A stretch of DNA of 64,000 nucleotides, taken from contig JAUIDY010000013.1 in NCBI GenBank assembly GCA_030428385.1, positions 5,583 to 69,582 on the forward strand. Reading direction: 5' to 3'. Position 1 is the first letter of the stretch; every line of letters begins with the position of its first letter. Source of the DNA: Rhodothermia bacterium. Lineage in GTDB: Bacteria; Bacteroidota; Rhodothermia; Rhodothermales; JAAAOL01. Shown here piece after piece: positions 54,915 to 63,382 of this stretch. The notes under the pieces are model-generated. The model did not search any database, had not been told where the DNA came from, and saw only the letters and a program-made list of their open reading frames with translations. The position numbers and the translations under genes were made by a program.

Positions 54915-56692
54915 TCTTCGGCGTTTTCGTCGCGCGCGGTTACTTTCAAGAGCACCATCGTCCGGTCGTCGCTGAGTTCGGCAACATCACCCGTGTGCGC
55001 AACGATGTCCGTTTGCACGGCGTTAATGATCGATTGCGCCGCGTCTTGGTGATGCGCCAGCAAGCACGTCTCCAACCGCTCCGGCGTATATTCTTCCTCG
55101 GCGGGTCCCATCGCCTCGGTGACCCCATCTGTAAACATCATGACGAGGTCGCCGGGGTGCATTTCGACGGTTCCGCGCTCGTAGGGCATGTTTTTCATCA
55201 CCCCCAGCAAGATACCCCCTTTGTCCAGTTGCTCCACCGACCCGTCGGCGCGGACCAGCATGGGCGGGTCATGGCCGGCGTTGACGTAGTTGAAGTGCCC
55301 GGTGCGGCGGTCGTAGATGCCCGTAAAGGCGGTGATGAATTTGTCGAAGCCCGTGTTTTGGCAGATGACGCGGTTCATATGCGCCATGCCCTCTTCCATC
55401 TTGATCTCCATCGGCACCATCACATGCAGACACGCTTGCAGGTTCGCCATCAGTAGCGACGCCGGAACCCCTTTGCCCGTCACATCGGCGATGGCGACGA
55501 GCACGCGGTTGCCGTCCAGCTTGACCACGTCGAAATAGTCGCCGCCCACGTACCGGCTCGGCAACGCGAACGCAGCGACATCGACCCCTTCAAGCTGCGG
55601 GATCTTGCTCGGCAACAGCCCTACCTGGATTTCTCGTGCCAGCCGCATCTCCTTCTCCAACCGCTCCTTCTCGATCTGTTGCTCCACCAGATGCAGGTTC
55701 TGGATCGACACAAAGGCCAGGTTGCCAAGCGCTGACAAAAACTCGATGTCCTCGGAGGTATAGGACTGCCCCGTCATTTTCGCCCCGAGCAGCAACACGC
55801 CGTTGGTCTCATCCTGATTCCGCAATGGCAGCGCCAGCACCAACCCGCATGCATCCAGCAGTTCCCATTCTTCAGAAGCCGCGTCCTTATCAAGCAGCAG
55901 CAAATCACGAAGGCCAAACAGCCGCTCGATCACCGGTCCATCCATCTCGCGACGGATACCTTTCGACGCCGCCACCTCAAATCCTCCGTCATTCCGCAAA
56001 AGCAGCACATGTTTGCCGACAAGCATCTGCCCCATCAGCGCAAAGGACAGCAGCTTGACAAGCCGGTTGCGTTCCAACGTGGCGTTAAATTCCTGCGAGA
56101 GGTCGAACAGGGTGTTGAGTTGCTGAATTTTGCCGTCGAGGTCGCGGTTGGCCTGCTTCAGTTCCTCCACCATGAGCGAGTTGTGCACCGCCGACGACGA
56201 CATGTTGACCAGCGACTGGATAAACTCCAACTCGCGCTCGTCGAACGGCTGCCGGGTGGCCTTTTGGCCCAGCCCAATAAACCCAATACGCCGGTGCCCG
56301 AACGCCACGGGCAACACCAGCACGAGTTTTTGCGCCGCGAGCATCTCCGGGATTTCGTCGTCGCGCAAGAGCCGGTCGGTGGGCAATTCTCCCGGTTGTA
56401 CTTTGTCGCCTACGTTTAAACTAGACAGCCCTTTCGACGAGGCAACGCGGTAGGCATCTTCAACCGGTTCGTATAAAAACGCGCCGCCCTTGGTAACGAG
56501 CAGCTTGCTCATTGCCGTCAGCAAGAGGTTATTCAGCACAAACTCCAGATCGAGCGACGAGCTGAGCAGTCGGCTCGTTTCATACAGCGCCCGGAGGTCA
56601 AACCGCTCGGTGCGGGCATCCCGTGTTTCAAAGTCGGGCATGGATTCGGCAAAGCTATCTGAAAAAGTCGGCCCCAAGTTGGGAAGCAGCAT
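54911..56692 (-). CDS. GAF-GAF-PP2C (SpoIIE/RsbU-type) protein phosphatase
   Basis: Two GAF-like modules followed by PP2C motifs GGDYFDV, IADVTGKGVPASLLMA and MMFTDGVTEA. Its stop overlaps the start of 54375..54914 by 4 nt. Confidence 0.85.
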   Translation of the reverse strand: MLLPNLGPTFSDSFAESMPDFETRDARTERFDLRALYETSRLLSSSLDLEFVLNNLLLTAMSKLLVTKGGAFLYEPVEDAYRVASSKGLSSLNVGDKVQPGELPTDRLLRDDEIPEMLAAQKLVLVLPVAFGHRRIGFIGLGQKATRQPFDERELEFIQSLVNMSSSAVHNSLMVEELKQANRDLDGKIQQLNTLFDLSQEFNATLERNRLVKLLSFALMGQMLVGKHVLLLRNDGGFEVAASKGIRREMDGPVIERLFGLRDLLLLDKDAASEEWELLDACGLVLALPLRNQDETNGVLLLGAKMTGQSYTSEDIEFLSALGNLAFVSIQNLHLVEQQIEKERLEKEMRLAREIQVGLLPSKIPQLEGVDVAAFALPSRYVGGDYFDVVKLDGNRVLVAIADVTGKGVPASLLMANLQACLHVMVPMEIKMEEGMAHMNRVICQNTGFDKFITAFTGIYDRRTGHFNYVNAGHDPPMLVRADGSVEQLDKGGILLGVMKNMPYERGTVEMHPGDLVMMFTDGVTEAMGPAEEEYTPERLETCLLAHHQDAAQSIINAVQTDIVAHTGDVAELSDDRTMVLLKVTARDENAED

Positions 56693-56965
56693 GGGTTAAT
56701 GCAAGGCGGAGTGGCAGGTTTTTTGGGCCTTCGCGGCTGTTGGCGTTCGGCTGTAAGCTATGGATAGGGCTGCGACGCACCAGGGCGCGTCGTTACGGGT
56801 GCCGTGCGCAAACGCACCGTTTCCCTTTCTCCCACTCTCACCCTCACCCTTTCACACCCATCCTTTCCACCCATTTTCACGCAACCAAACCCAATGTCTT
56901 CCTATCTTGCAGGTCATTCCCATCGCCCATTTCCCGCTTAACTATTTTCTTGAGAGAGGCTACCC

Positions 56966-58045
56966 ATGGCTGAAGTGACGACCAACCACATCGCCGACCT
57001 GCTCGGCAGCGACGCCGAAGCACTGCTGGACCACACCTGCCAGACCATCCCGAAACAACAGCTTCACCTGCCCGGTCCGGATTTCGTGGAGCGCGTGTGG
57101 ATGGATTCCGACCGCTCGCCGCAGGTGCTGCGCAGCCTGCAAACACTCTTCGACAAAGGCCGCCTCGGTGGCACGGGCTACATCTCGATCCTGCCCGTCG
57201 ACCAAGGCATTGAGCACAGTGGCGGGGCCAGCTTCGCCAAGAACCCGATCTACTTCGACCCGGAAAACATCGTCAAGCTCGCCATCGAAGGCGGCTGCAA
57301 CGCCGTCGCGTCTACATACGGCGCGCTCGGCTCGGTGGCCCGCAGGTATGCCCACCGGATTCCGTTTATCCTGAAAATCAACCACAACGAACTGGTCACC
57401 TACCCGAATACGTTCGACCAGATCATGTTCTCGCGGATTGAGGAAGCGTGGAACATGGGCTGTGTGGCCGTGGGTGCGACCGTGTATTTCGGCTCCGAAG
57501 AGTCGGGCCGCCAGATTCAGGAAGTCGCCGAAGCCTTTGCGATGGCGCACGAACTGGGCATGGCCACGATCCTGTGGTGCTACCTGCGCAACTCGCAGTT
57601 TAAGGTCAACGGCACCGACTACCACACCAGCGCCGACCTCACGGGTCAGGCCAACCACATCGGCGTCACCATCGAGGCCGACATCATCAAGCAGAAGCAG
57701 CCCACGAACAACGGCGGCTACAAGGCCCTCAACGCGGGCGACTCCAGCTACGGCAAGCTCGACGAGCGCATCTACTCCGAGCTTTCGAGCGACAACCCGA
57801 TTGACCTGACCCGCTATCAGGTGGCGAACTGCTTCATGGGCCGCGCCGGGCTGATCAACTCCGGCGGTGCGTCCGGGGCGAACGACTTCGCGCAGGCCGT
57901 CAAAACCGCCATCATCAACAAGCGCGCAGGTGGCATGGGCCTGATTTCGGGCCGCAAAGCCTTCCAGCGCCCGATGGCCGAAGGCATCGACATCCTGAAC
58001 GCCATCCAGGACGTGTACCTCAACGACGAGATCACGGTGGCGTAA
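56966..58045 (+). CDS. fbaB: Class I fructose-bisphosphate aldolase (FbaB/DhnA type)
   Basis: Near-colinear similarity to E. coli FbaB as recalled: [49 protein letters not shown] and INSGGA. Confidence 0.9.
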   Translation: MAEVTTNHIADLLGSDAEALLDHTCQTIPKQQLHLPGPDFVERVWMDSDRSPQVLRSLQTLFDKGRLGGTGYISILPVDQGIEHSGGASFAKNPIYFDPENIVKLAIEGGCNAVASTYGALGSVARRYAHRIPFILKINHNELVTYPNTFDQIMFSRIEEAWNMGCVAVGATVYFGSEESGRQIQEVAEAFAMAHELGMATILWCYLRNSQFKVNGTDYHTSADLTGQANHIGVTIEADIIKQKQPTNNGGYKALNAGDSSYGKLDERIYSELSSDNPIDLTRYQVANCFMGRAGLINSGGASGANDFAQAVKTAIINKRAGGMGLISGRKAFQRPMAEGIDILNAIQDVYLNDEITVA

Positions 58046-58050
58046 CCACC

Positions 58051-58140
58051 TGTCATCTCGACGCCCGTAGGAAGGAGAGATCTCCCAAGTTGGAAAAACC
58101 CACAATCGGGGGAGATCTCTCACGTACGTTCGAGATGACA
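58051..58140. repeat. Family 2 repeat, complete 90-nt palindromic copy
   Basis: TGTCATCTCGACG...GAGAGATCTCCC (58051..58086) is mirrored by GGGAGATCTCTCACGTACGTTCGAGATGACA (58110..58140). Confidence 0.7.
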
Positions 58141-58163
58141 CGGGTTTAAGGTTTTCTCTTTTG

Positions 58164-58207
58164 AGCGGGGACACGGTCGAGAGGCGGTGTCCCCGCTTCT
58201 GTTTTGT
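58164..58207 (+). terminator. Intrinsic terminator of fbaB
   Basis: 11-bp GC-rich stem AGCGGGGACAC (58164..58174) / GTGTCCCCGCT (58187..58197), followed by TCTGTTTTGT. Confidence 0.7.
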
Positions 58208-58289
58208 AGGTGTTGATGGTTGAAACCCGCTTCGCTCCGTGCGTATCATGGCAACCCGATCGCCACGCATCTCATCTGTTCTGAATACA

Positions 58290-60332
58290 ATGCCTGAAAC
58301 GCCCGACACCCCGCAAACCCCCGATGCGGCCACCCCAGCACCAGAAACCGCGCCTGCACCGCCGGAAGCCGCCACGCCCGAAGCACCCGAAGTTGCGGCT
58401 GCACCCGCAGTGGAAACGCCTCCGCCAGCCGCCGAAGCCGCAGCACCCGCGCCTGCCGCTGAGGCAAAACCGGCGGAACCCACTCCCGCACCGCCTGCAC
58501 CAGAACCTGTCAAGGCAGAACCTGTCAAGGCAGAACCTGTCAAGGCAGAACCTGTCAAAACAGAAACACCCAAGCCGGAAAGCCCCGTCGACAAATACAC
58601 GGCGCATTTCCCTGAATGGGCGCGCGAGTTTGCCCGGAAGTATTTCACCAAAACGCTGACGCAATTTATCCTCCACGGCAACGTGCGGGACCTGGTGCGC
58701 ACGCTGGACGCTAACGACGAGCCGAGCTACGTCTCACTGCGGGACTTCTTCGTCAACGACCTCTTCGCCGCCCGCGACATCGTGCTGTTCTACGACCGCT
58801 CCGCCGGGATTCACTTCGTGGACAAAGAGTCGCAGCGCGACTTTAACCGGGCGCTCTCAGGGTACGACACCATTTTTGGCACCGAATACGCCAAGCGGCT
58901 GCCCAAAGACCCGGTGCGTGTGCTGTCGGTGTTGGACAACTACTTCCGCCTGCGCCTCGCCGAGGGCAAACGCATCGCCTGCATCATCGACTATGCCGAG
59001 ACGGTGATCCCGATGTCGGAGGCGTCGTCGTACTCCGCTGAAGACCGCAGCGCGTTGGTGTTTTTGCAGAAATGGTCGCATGACCCGCTGTTTTTGCGTA
59101 GCGACTTCACCACGGTGATGGTGGCCGAAAACCTGAGCGACCTCAGCCAGCCGTTGGTGCAAAGCCCGTGGACGGTAGAGTTGCCGATCGCCATGCCGAG
59201 CCTGCAACAGCGCAAGGGCTTCGTGCAATGGTACATCAAAGGCCGCGAGGACGCGTTCAACGCCCATGCTGCCGTCACGCTCGACACGCTGGCACAGAAC
59301 ACCTCAGGCCTGAGCTTTATCCAGCTTCGCACCATCCTCGCCGACACGCTCGAAAACCGCGTGGTGCTCACCTACGAGCAGCTCTCGGCGATGAAAAAAG
59401 AGATGATCGAGGAGTCGGCGTTTGGGATGCTCGAATTTATCGAGACCGACTTTACGCTCGACATGGTGGCGGGGCACGGACATGCGAAGGCGCATCTGCG
59501 GCAGGCGGCGCAAGCACTTCGCAACAACCGCCCCGACGTGATGCCGATGGGCTACCTCATCAGTGGACCAGTGGGGACCGGGAAAACGTTTATCATCACC
59601 TGCTTCGCAGGAGAAATCGGTATCCCGATGGTGAAGCTGAAGAACTTCCGCTCGCAGTGGCAGGGCGTAACGGAGGGCAACCTGGAAAAAATCCTCACAC
59701 TCCTCGAAGCCATGACGCCCGTCGCGGTAATGATCGATGAGGCCGACGCCATGCTGGGCAACCGGGGCGCACAGGGCGACAGCGGGGTCTCGAACCGCGT
59801 CTTCGGGCAGATCGCCACGTTTATGAGCAACTCGAAGCACCGCGGCAAGGTGATCTGGTTCCTCGTCACTGCCCGTCCCGACCTCATGCCCATTGACCTG
59901 AAAAGGCAAGGCCGCGCTGAAGAACACCTCGCGCTGTTTTATCCTGGCGCGCGCGAAGAACGCGAAGAATTGCTTCAAGTGATGATGCGCCGCACCAACG
60001 TCGATTTACCCATGGACCAGGTCCCCGAAGCGTTGCTTAATGGCGAACGCACGTTCAGCGGGGCTGATATGGAAGCCCTCATGACCCGCGCCAAGTTTCG
60101 GGCAGCGGCAAAAGGACAGGCCAACGGCCACACCAAAGTAACTGCTGAGATTTTGGAACAGGTCGTGGAGGACTTTATACCGCCGACCTATCCGATGGAG
60201 GTGGAGTACCAGACGTTAAGTGCTGTGCTTGAATGCACCAGCCGCGATCTGCTACCCGAAGAATACCGCGACATGAATCGTGAAAAAGTAATCCGGCGTC
60301 TGGAAGAGTTGAAACGACTGGGAGTACGATAA
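58290..60332 (+). CDS. AAA+ ATPase (classic clade) with Pro/Ala-rich N-terminus
   Basis: Walker A GPVGTGKTF, Walker B VAVMIDEAD and second-region-of-homology-like ARPDLMPIDLKRQGRAEE. The N-terminal 100 aa are P/A/E-rich with (EPVKA)x4. ATG 58290. Confidence 0.8.
   Translation: MPETPDTPQTPDAATPAPETAPAPPEAATPEAPEVAAAPAVETPPPAAEAAAPAPAAEAKPAEPTPAPPAPEPVKAEPVKAEPVKAEPVKTETPKPESPVDKYTAHFPEWAREFARKYFTKTLTQFILHGNVRDLVRTLDANDEPSYVSLRDFFVNDLFAARDIVLFYDRSAGIHFVDKESQRDFNRALSGYDTIFGTEYAKRLPKDPVRVLSVLDNYFRLRLAEGKRIACIIDYAETVIPMSEASSYSAEDRSALVFLQKWSHDPLFLRSDFTTVMVAENLSDLSQPLVQSPWTVELPIAMPSLQQRKGFVQWYIKGREDAFNAHAAVTLDTLAQNTSGLSFIQLRTILADTLENRVVLTYEQLSAMKKEMIEESAFGMLEFIETDFTLDMVAGHGHAKAHLRQAAQALRNNRPDVMPMGYLISGPVGTGKTFIITCFAGEIGIPMVKLKNFRSQWQGVTEGNLEKILTLLEAMTPVAVMIDEADAMLGNRGAQGDSGVSNRVFGQIATFMSNSKHRGKVIWFLVTARPDLMPIDLKRQGRAEEHLALFYPGAREEREELLQVMMRRTNVDLPMDQVPEALLNGERTFSGADMEALMTRAKFRAAAKGQANGHTKVTAEILEQVVEDFIPPTYPMEVEYQTLSAVLECTSRDLLPEEYRDMNREKVIRRLEELKRLGVR
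58502..58561 (+). repeat. 15-bp tandem repeat x4 (AGAACCTGTCAAGGC) inside the AAA+ gene
   Basis: Three perfect units and one 13/15 unit, read directly. They encode EPVKA repeats. Confidence 0.9.
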
Positions 60333-60344
60333 GAATAGGGAAAC

Positions 60345-60387
60345 CCACAGACGAGACGCCGCCAAATAGTTCGTCTCGTCTGTGGGC
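60345..60387. terminator. Perfect 15-bp hairpin between convergent genes (bidirectional terminator candidate)
   Basis: CCCACAGACGAGACG (60345..60359) / CGTCTCGTCTGTGGG (60373..60387). The flanking T-runs are weak. Confidence 0.55.
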
Positions 60388-60396
60388 ATAAACCTA

Positions 60397-60723
60397 CTAT
60401 TTTTTCCCACGTTTTTTTGCAGGGGCTTCTTTTTCAGCTGCCAGCAGCTTGAGATAAAGCTCGTAGCTGATTAGCACCGCATACGGCTCGTTATTCTTCT
60501 GAATCAAAATTCCATGATCAATTTCCTTGGCATGTTCCACCAACTCGGAAGTTTTGGAACGCAACTCAGTGATGGTTGCAACGGCTTCAATACCACGTGT
60601 ACTATACATAAAGACACCTTCTTCAGGTAGGTTCTCTGTGAGGATGGCTGCGGGTACTTCGGCATCTCCCATAAGTTTCGCCGTCTTCATGCACACAAAC
60701 CCACCTGTAGATTCTTCCGTCAT
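60397..60723 (-). CDS. Phd/YefM-like antitoxin-fold protein, solitary
   Basis: ITELRSKTSELVEHAKEIDHGILIQKNNEPYAVLISYELYLKLL fits the Phd/YefM N-terminal pattern. Hand-counted GC is about 46%. The alternative ATG 60609 would give 70 aa. Confidence 0.55.
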   Translation of the reverse strand: MTEESTGGFVCMKTAKLMGDAEVPAAILTENLPEEGVFMYSTRGIEAVATITELRSKTSELVEHAKEIDHGILIQKNNEPYAVLISYELYLKLLAAEKEAPAKKRGKK

Positions 60724-60794
60724 TTTGCATTCACTTCATTACCCTTATTCATACCCGAAGGTATCACGCTTCCCTCATCATGACGAGTTAAATC

Positions 60795-61073
60795 ATGCAC
60801 CTGTGTAAAGTGACAGGCTCGGTCGTCTCCACCCGCAAGCAAGAAGTTTTTCGCCCTTCCAAGTTGCTGGTGGTCCACCCCGTTGATGCCGCCGGTGAAC
60901 TGATTGGCGTCAAAGACATGCTGGCGCTTGATCCTCAGTATGGCGCGGGCGTGGGCGACTATGTGCTGGTGGCCCGCGAAGGCGCGGTGGTGCAGCAACT
61001 GCTGGGCGAAAAAGCTCCAGCCAACGTCGTCATCGTGGGCGTGGTGGACGACTGGAGCTACGAGGCTTCCTGA
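60795..61073 (+). CDS. EutN/CcmL-family (BMC-P, microcompartment vertex) protein
   Basis: MHLCKVTGSVVSTRK...KLLVVHPVDAAG...ALDPQYGAGVGDYVLVAREG...VVIVGVVDD matches the EutN/CcmL pattern along its whole 92 aa. Confidence 0.78.
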   Translation: MHLCKVTGSVVSTRKQEVFRPSKLLVVHPVDAAGELIGVKDMLALDPQYGAGVGDYVLVAREGAVVQQLLGEKAPANVVIVGVVDDWSYEAS

Positions 61074-61108
61074 GAACATCCCCATCACGTTGTCTCCGCC
61101 CCGTCACT

Positions 61109-62131
61109 CTATTTCATGAGTGTTACAGCCCGCACCTGCGTCTGCCCATGTGCGTCGAGCCGATAAAAATAGGTGCCACTGGGCACATTCGTTGCTTGCC
61201 AGGTGACGTGATGCGGACCGGCAAGGTGTGGGCCATCCACGAGCGTTTCCACCACCCGCCCCAAGTGATCATACATGGTTAGCTCTACGACAGCAGGCTG
61301 CTCCAGGTCGAAGGAGACGGTGGTGGTTGGGTTGAACGGATTCGGGTATGCGGCGTGCAGTGAAAAGAGGCGGGGCACCTCCGCCGTTTCAGCAGCCGTG
61401 GGCGGCGCGCCAGGGCTCACAACAAAGTTGATCAGGAGGTTGGCGTTGTCCGTAAACAGATAATAGCCAGGAACACCCCCCGTAGGTACCATCGAGCCGC
61501 GCACATAAATGGCCGTTCGGGCCGGGAAAAAGGCCGGATCATTTTCATCGGTCGACCCCTCATCGGTGAGCGTCGTGAGCACCGCGCCGGAAGATGACCC
61601 ATCAATGCTCAACTGGATCAGGTAGTCCTCCCCTTCTTCCAACGTCAAGTTCAGCGTGCTCAGGTTGATGGGGTTGTTAAAGTTGGCCTGTCCTTGCGTG
61701 GCCTGCAAGTCCTCAAAGGGCACTTCTACCATCCCGACGGGATCGGCGGTGATCGAAGGAAAGAAGTTAGGAAAATCGGCTTCCCGAAAGAATTTCACCT
61801 GTAACATGCCCGGCCCCTGAATCCCCACAGCATCGGTTTCCCCAACAAATAGCGGGAAGTTGATCCCCGTTAGTATCCCGTTCATGGGCGCTGTAAGCCG
61901 AAGAATGACGGCAGGAATATCTTGCTCCAGGTTGAAGTAAAATGCCGGATCGCCATGATAGCTGATGACTTCATCCTGATAGGCCGCTTCCCCTGAGGAA
62001 GACACCGCCATTTGTTCGACGGCATACAAAAACGGAGCATGGTCGGTCAGGCGGGTCGCTTGCGCATCCGCTTCGATGACAAAGGAGCTACTCTGAATAA
62101 TAAGCCCTAAAACAAGGAGGCGAATGTACAT
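61109..62131 (-). CDS. Secreted protein of unknown function with T9SS C-terminal sorting domain
   Basis: Signal peptide MYIRLLVLGLIIQSSSFVIEADAQ. CTD AYPNPFNPTTTVSF...GTYFYRLDAHG...AVTLMK. Confidence 0.75.
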   Translation of the reverse strand: MYIRLLVLGLIIQSSSFVIEADAQATRLTDHAPFLYAVEQMAVSSSGEAAYQDEVISYHGDPAFYFNLEQDIPAVILRLTAPMNGILTGINFPLFVGETDAVGIQGPGMLQVKFFREADFPNFFPSITADPVGMVEVPFEDLQATQGQANFNNPINLSTLNLTLEEGEDYLIQLSIDGSSSGAVLTTLTDEGSTDENDPAFFPARTAIYVRGSMVPTGGVPGYYLFTDNANLLINFVVSPGAPPTAAETAEVPRLFSLHAAYPNPFNPTTTVSFDLEQPAVVELTMYDHLGRVVETLVDGPHLAGPHHVTWQATNVPSGTYFYRLDAHGQTQVRAVTLMK

Positions 62132-62229
62132 GCCATCAGTTGAATGATGAGAAGAGTCAGAAAAAGAAACAAGGTGTCTGCAGGAGTGCAATCAATGCAT
62201 TAATGCTCCCCCGTTGTGGAGTGGGCGTG

Positions 62230-63357
62230 TTACACCTGCCGCCAGAGGCACCCTTCGATCGTCAGCCCCGGCCCAAAGGCCATCGCTACACCGTGGCCCC
62301 AGCCTGTCGCCCCGTTGGCTTGCTGTGCCCGGTGCTGTTCCAAAAAACGCTGGAGCACAAAAAGGATAGTCGGCGAACTCATGTTGCCGTGCTGGCGCAT
62401 TACCTCCAGGCTATCATGCACCTGTTCGTCCGAGAGCCCTAGCACATCGCGGGCTTTTTCGACGATGGCGCGCCCCCCAGGATGAATTGCCCAGAAATCG
62501 AGGTCCGTTGGTGTCAGTTGGTGGGGCTGCAAGAGCGCATCGAGGTAAGCAGGCAATGCCGTCGCGATCACCTGCGGCACCCGTGAGGAAAGGCCCATCA
62601 AAAACCCGGTATCGCCAATTTCCCACGTCATGTCTTCCATCGAGTCGTCGTCGAGTTGGGCATGGCTGGCGATGTAGGCCAGTTTGCCTCTGGCTTCGGC
62701 TGCTGACCGGGATGCAAAAATGGCGGCGGCGGCCCCATCGGAAAAAAGCGCATTCACGACAGCCGACTCAAACGTGTCGTCGATCTGAAAATGCAGCGTA
62801 CAAAGTTCGGCGCAGACGATAAGGACACGGGCGCTGGGAGTAGATTGGCAAAAGCTGTGTGCCACCCGCATCGCGTTGAACGCCGCGTAACAGCCCATGA
62901 AACCGATAAAGGTGCGCTGGGTGGTAGGAGGTAGCCCAAGCCGTTTAACCAACTCGATGTCAAGCCCCGGTGCAAAAAAGCCCGTACAGCTAACCGCGAT
63001 AACGTGCGTGATGTCGGCGGGATTTAACCCAGCTTGTCCCAATGCTTCGCGGCTCACCTGCTCCGTCAGCGGCAGCACCGACTTCCGGTACCAGGCATTG
63101 CGGGTGGCGGTAGAGGGCACCGGCGACAGCGCGTCATTCGCCCCAAAAAACGAGAAGTTGTCCGGGTCGGCTTCGGCATAGTCCGGAACACAGGAATACC
63201 GCCGGTCGATGCCCGAACGTTCGTAAATAAGCGGTAACCGCCGCCGCAAGGGTTCGGGCAAACTGCGAATGCGTTGCATAAAGGCGGCGGCCTCTTGCTG
63301 TGTACCCGTCACCGGCGGATTTCCAGTGGCGATTGACTCCAGGGTGGTATACCGCAC
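62230..63357 (-). CDS. Type III polyketide synthase (chalcone/stilbene synthase family)
   Basis: Catalytic contexts AVSCTGFFAPG (Cys), FWAIHPGG (His) and HGNMSSPT (Asn). GTG 63357 is proposed because the longer track ORF overlaps mazG. Confidence 0.85.
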   Translation of the reverse strand: MRYTTLESIATGNPPVTGTQQEAAAFMQRIRSLPEPLRRRLPLIYERSGIDRRYSCVPDYAEADPDNFSFFGANDALSPVPSTATRNAWYRKSVLPLTEQVSREALGQAGLNPADITHVIAVSCTGFFAPGLDIELVKRLGLPPTTQRTFIGFMGCYAAFNAMRVAHSFCQSTPSARVLIVCAELCTLHFQIDDTFESAVVNALFSDGAAAAIFASRSAAEARGKLAYIASHAQLDDDSMEDMTWEIGDTGFLMGLSSRVPQVIATALPAYLDALLQPHQLTPTDLDFWAIHPGGRAIVEKARDVLGLSDEQVHDSLEVMRQHGNMSSPTILFVLQRFLEQHRAQQANGATGWGHGVAMAFGPGLTIEGCLWRQV

Positions 63358-63382
63358 GTGTTTCTTGCTTTTTGTTGAGAGA

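Noticed and set aside
56960-58702. 580-aa minus-strand ORF, the longest unassigned ORF in this part of the window, with Gly/Ala/Ser-rich repeats (SALTGSALTGSALTGSGAGGAG...).
   Set aside because: It lies antisense to fbaB, which has near-colinear similarity to a known enzyme, and to the Pro/Ala-rich 5' part of the AAA+ gene. Its repeats are simply the complement of the EPVKA/PAP codons. It is a typical high-GC shadow ORF.
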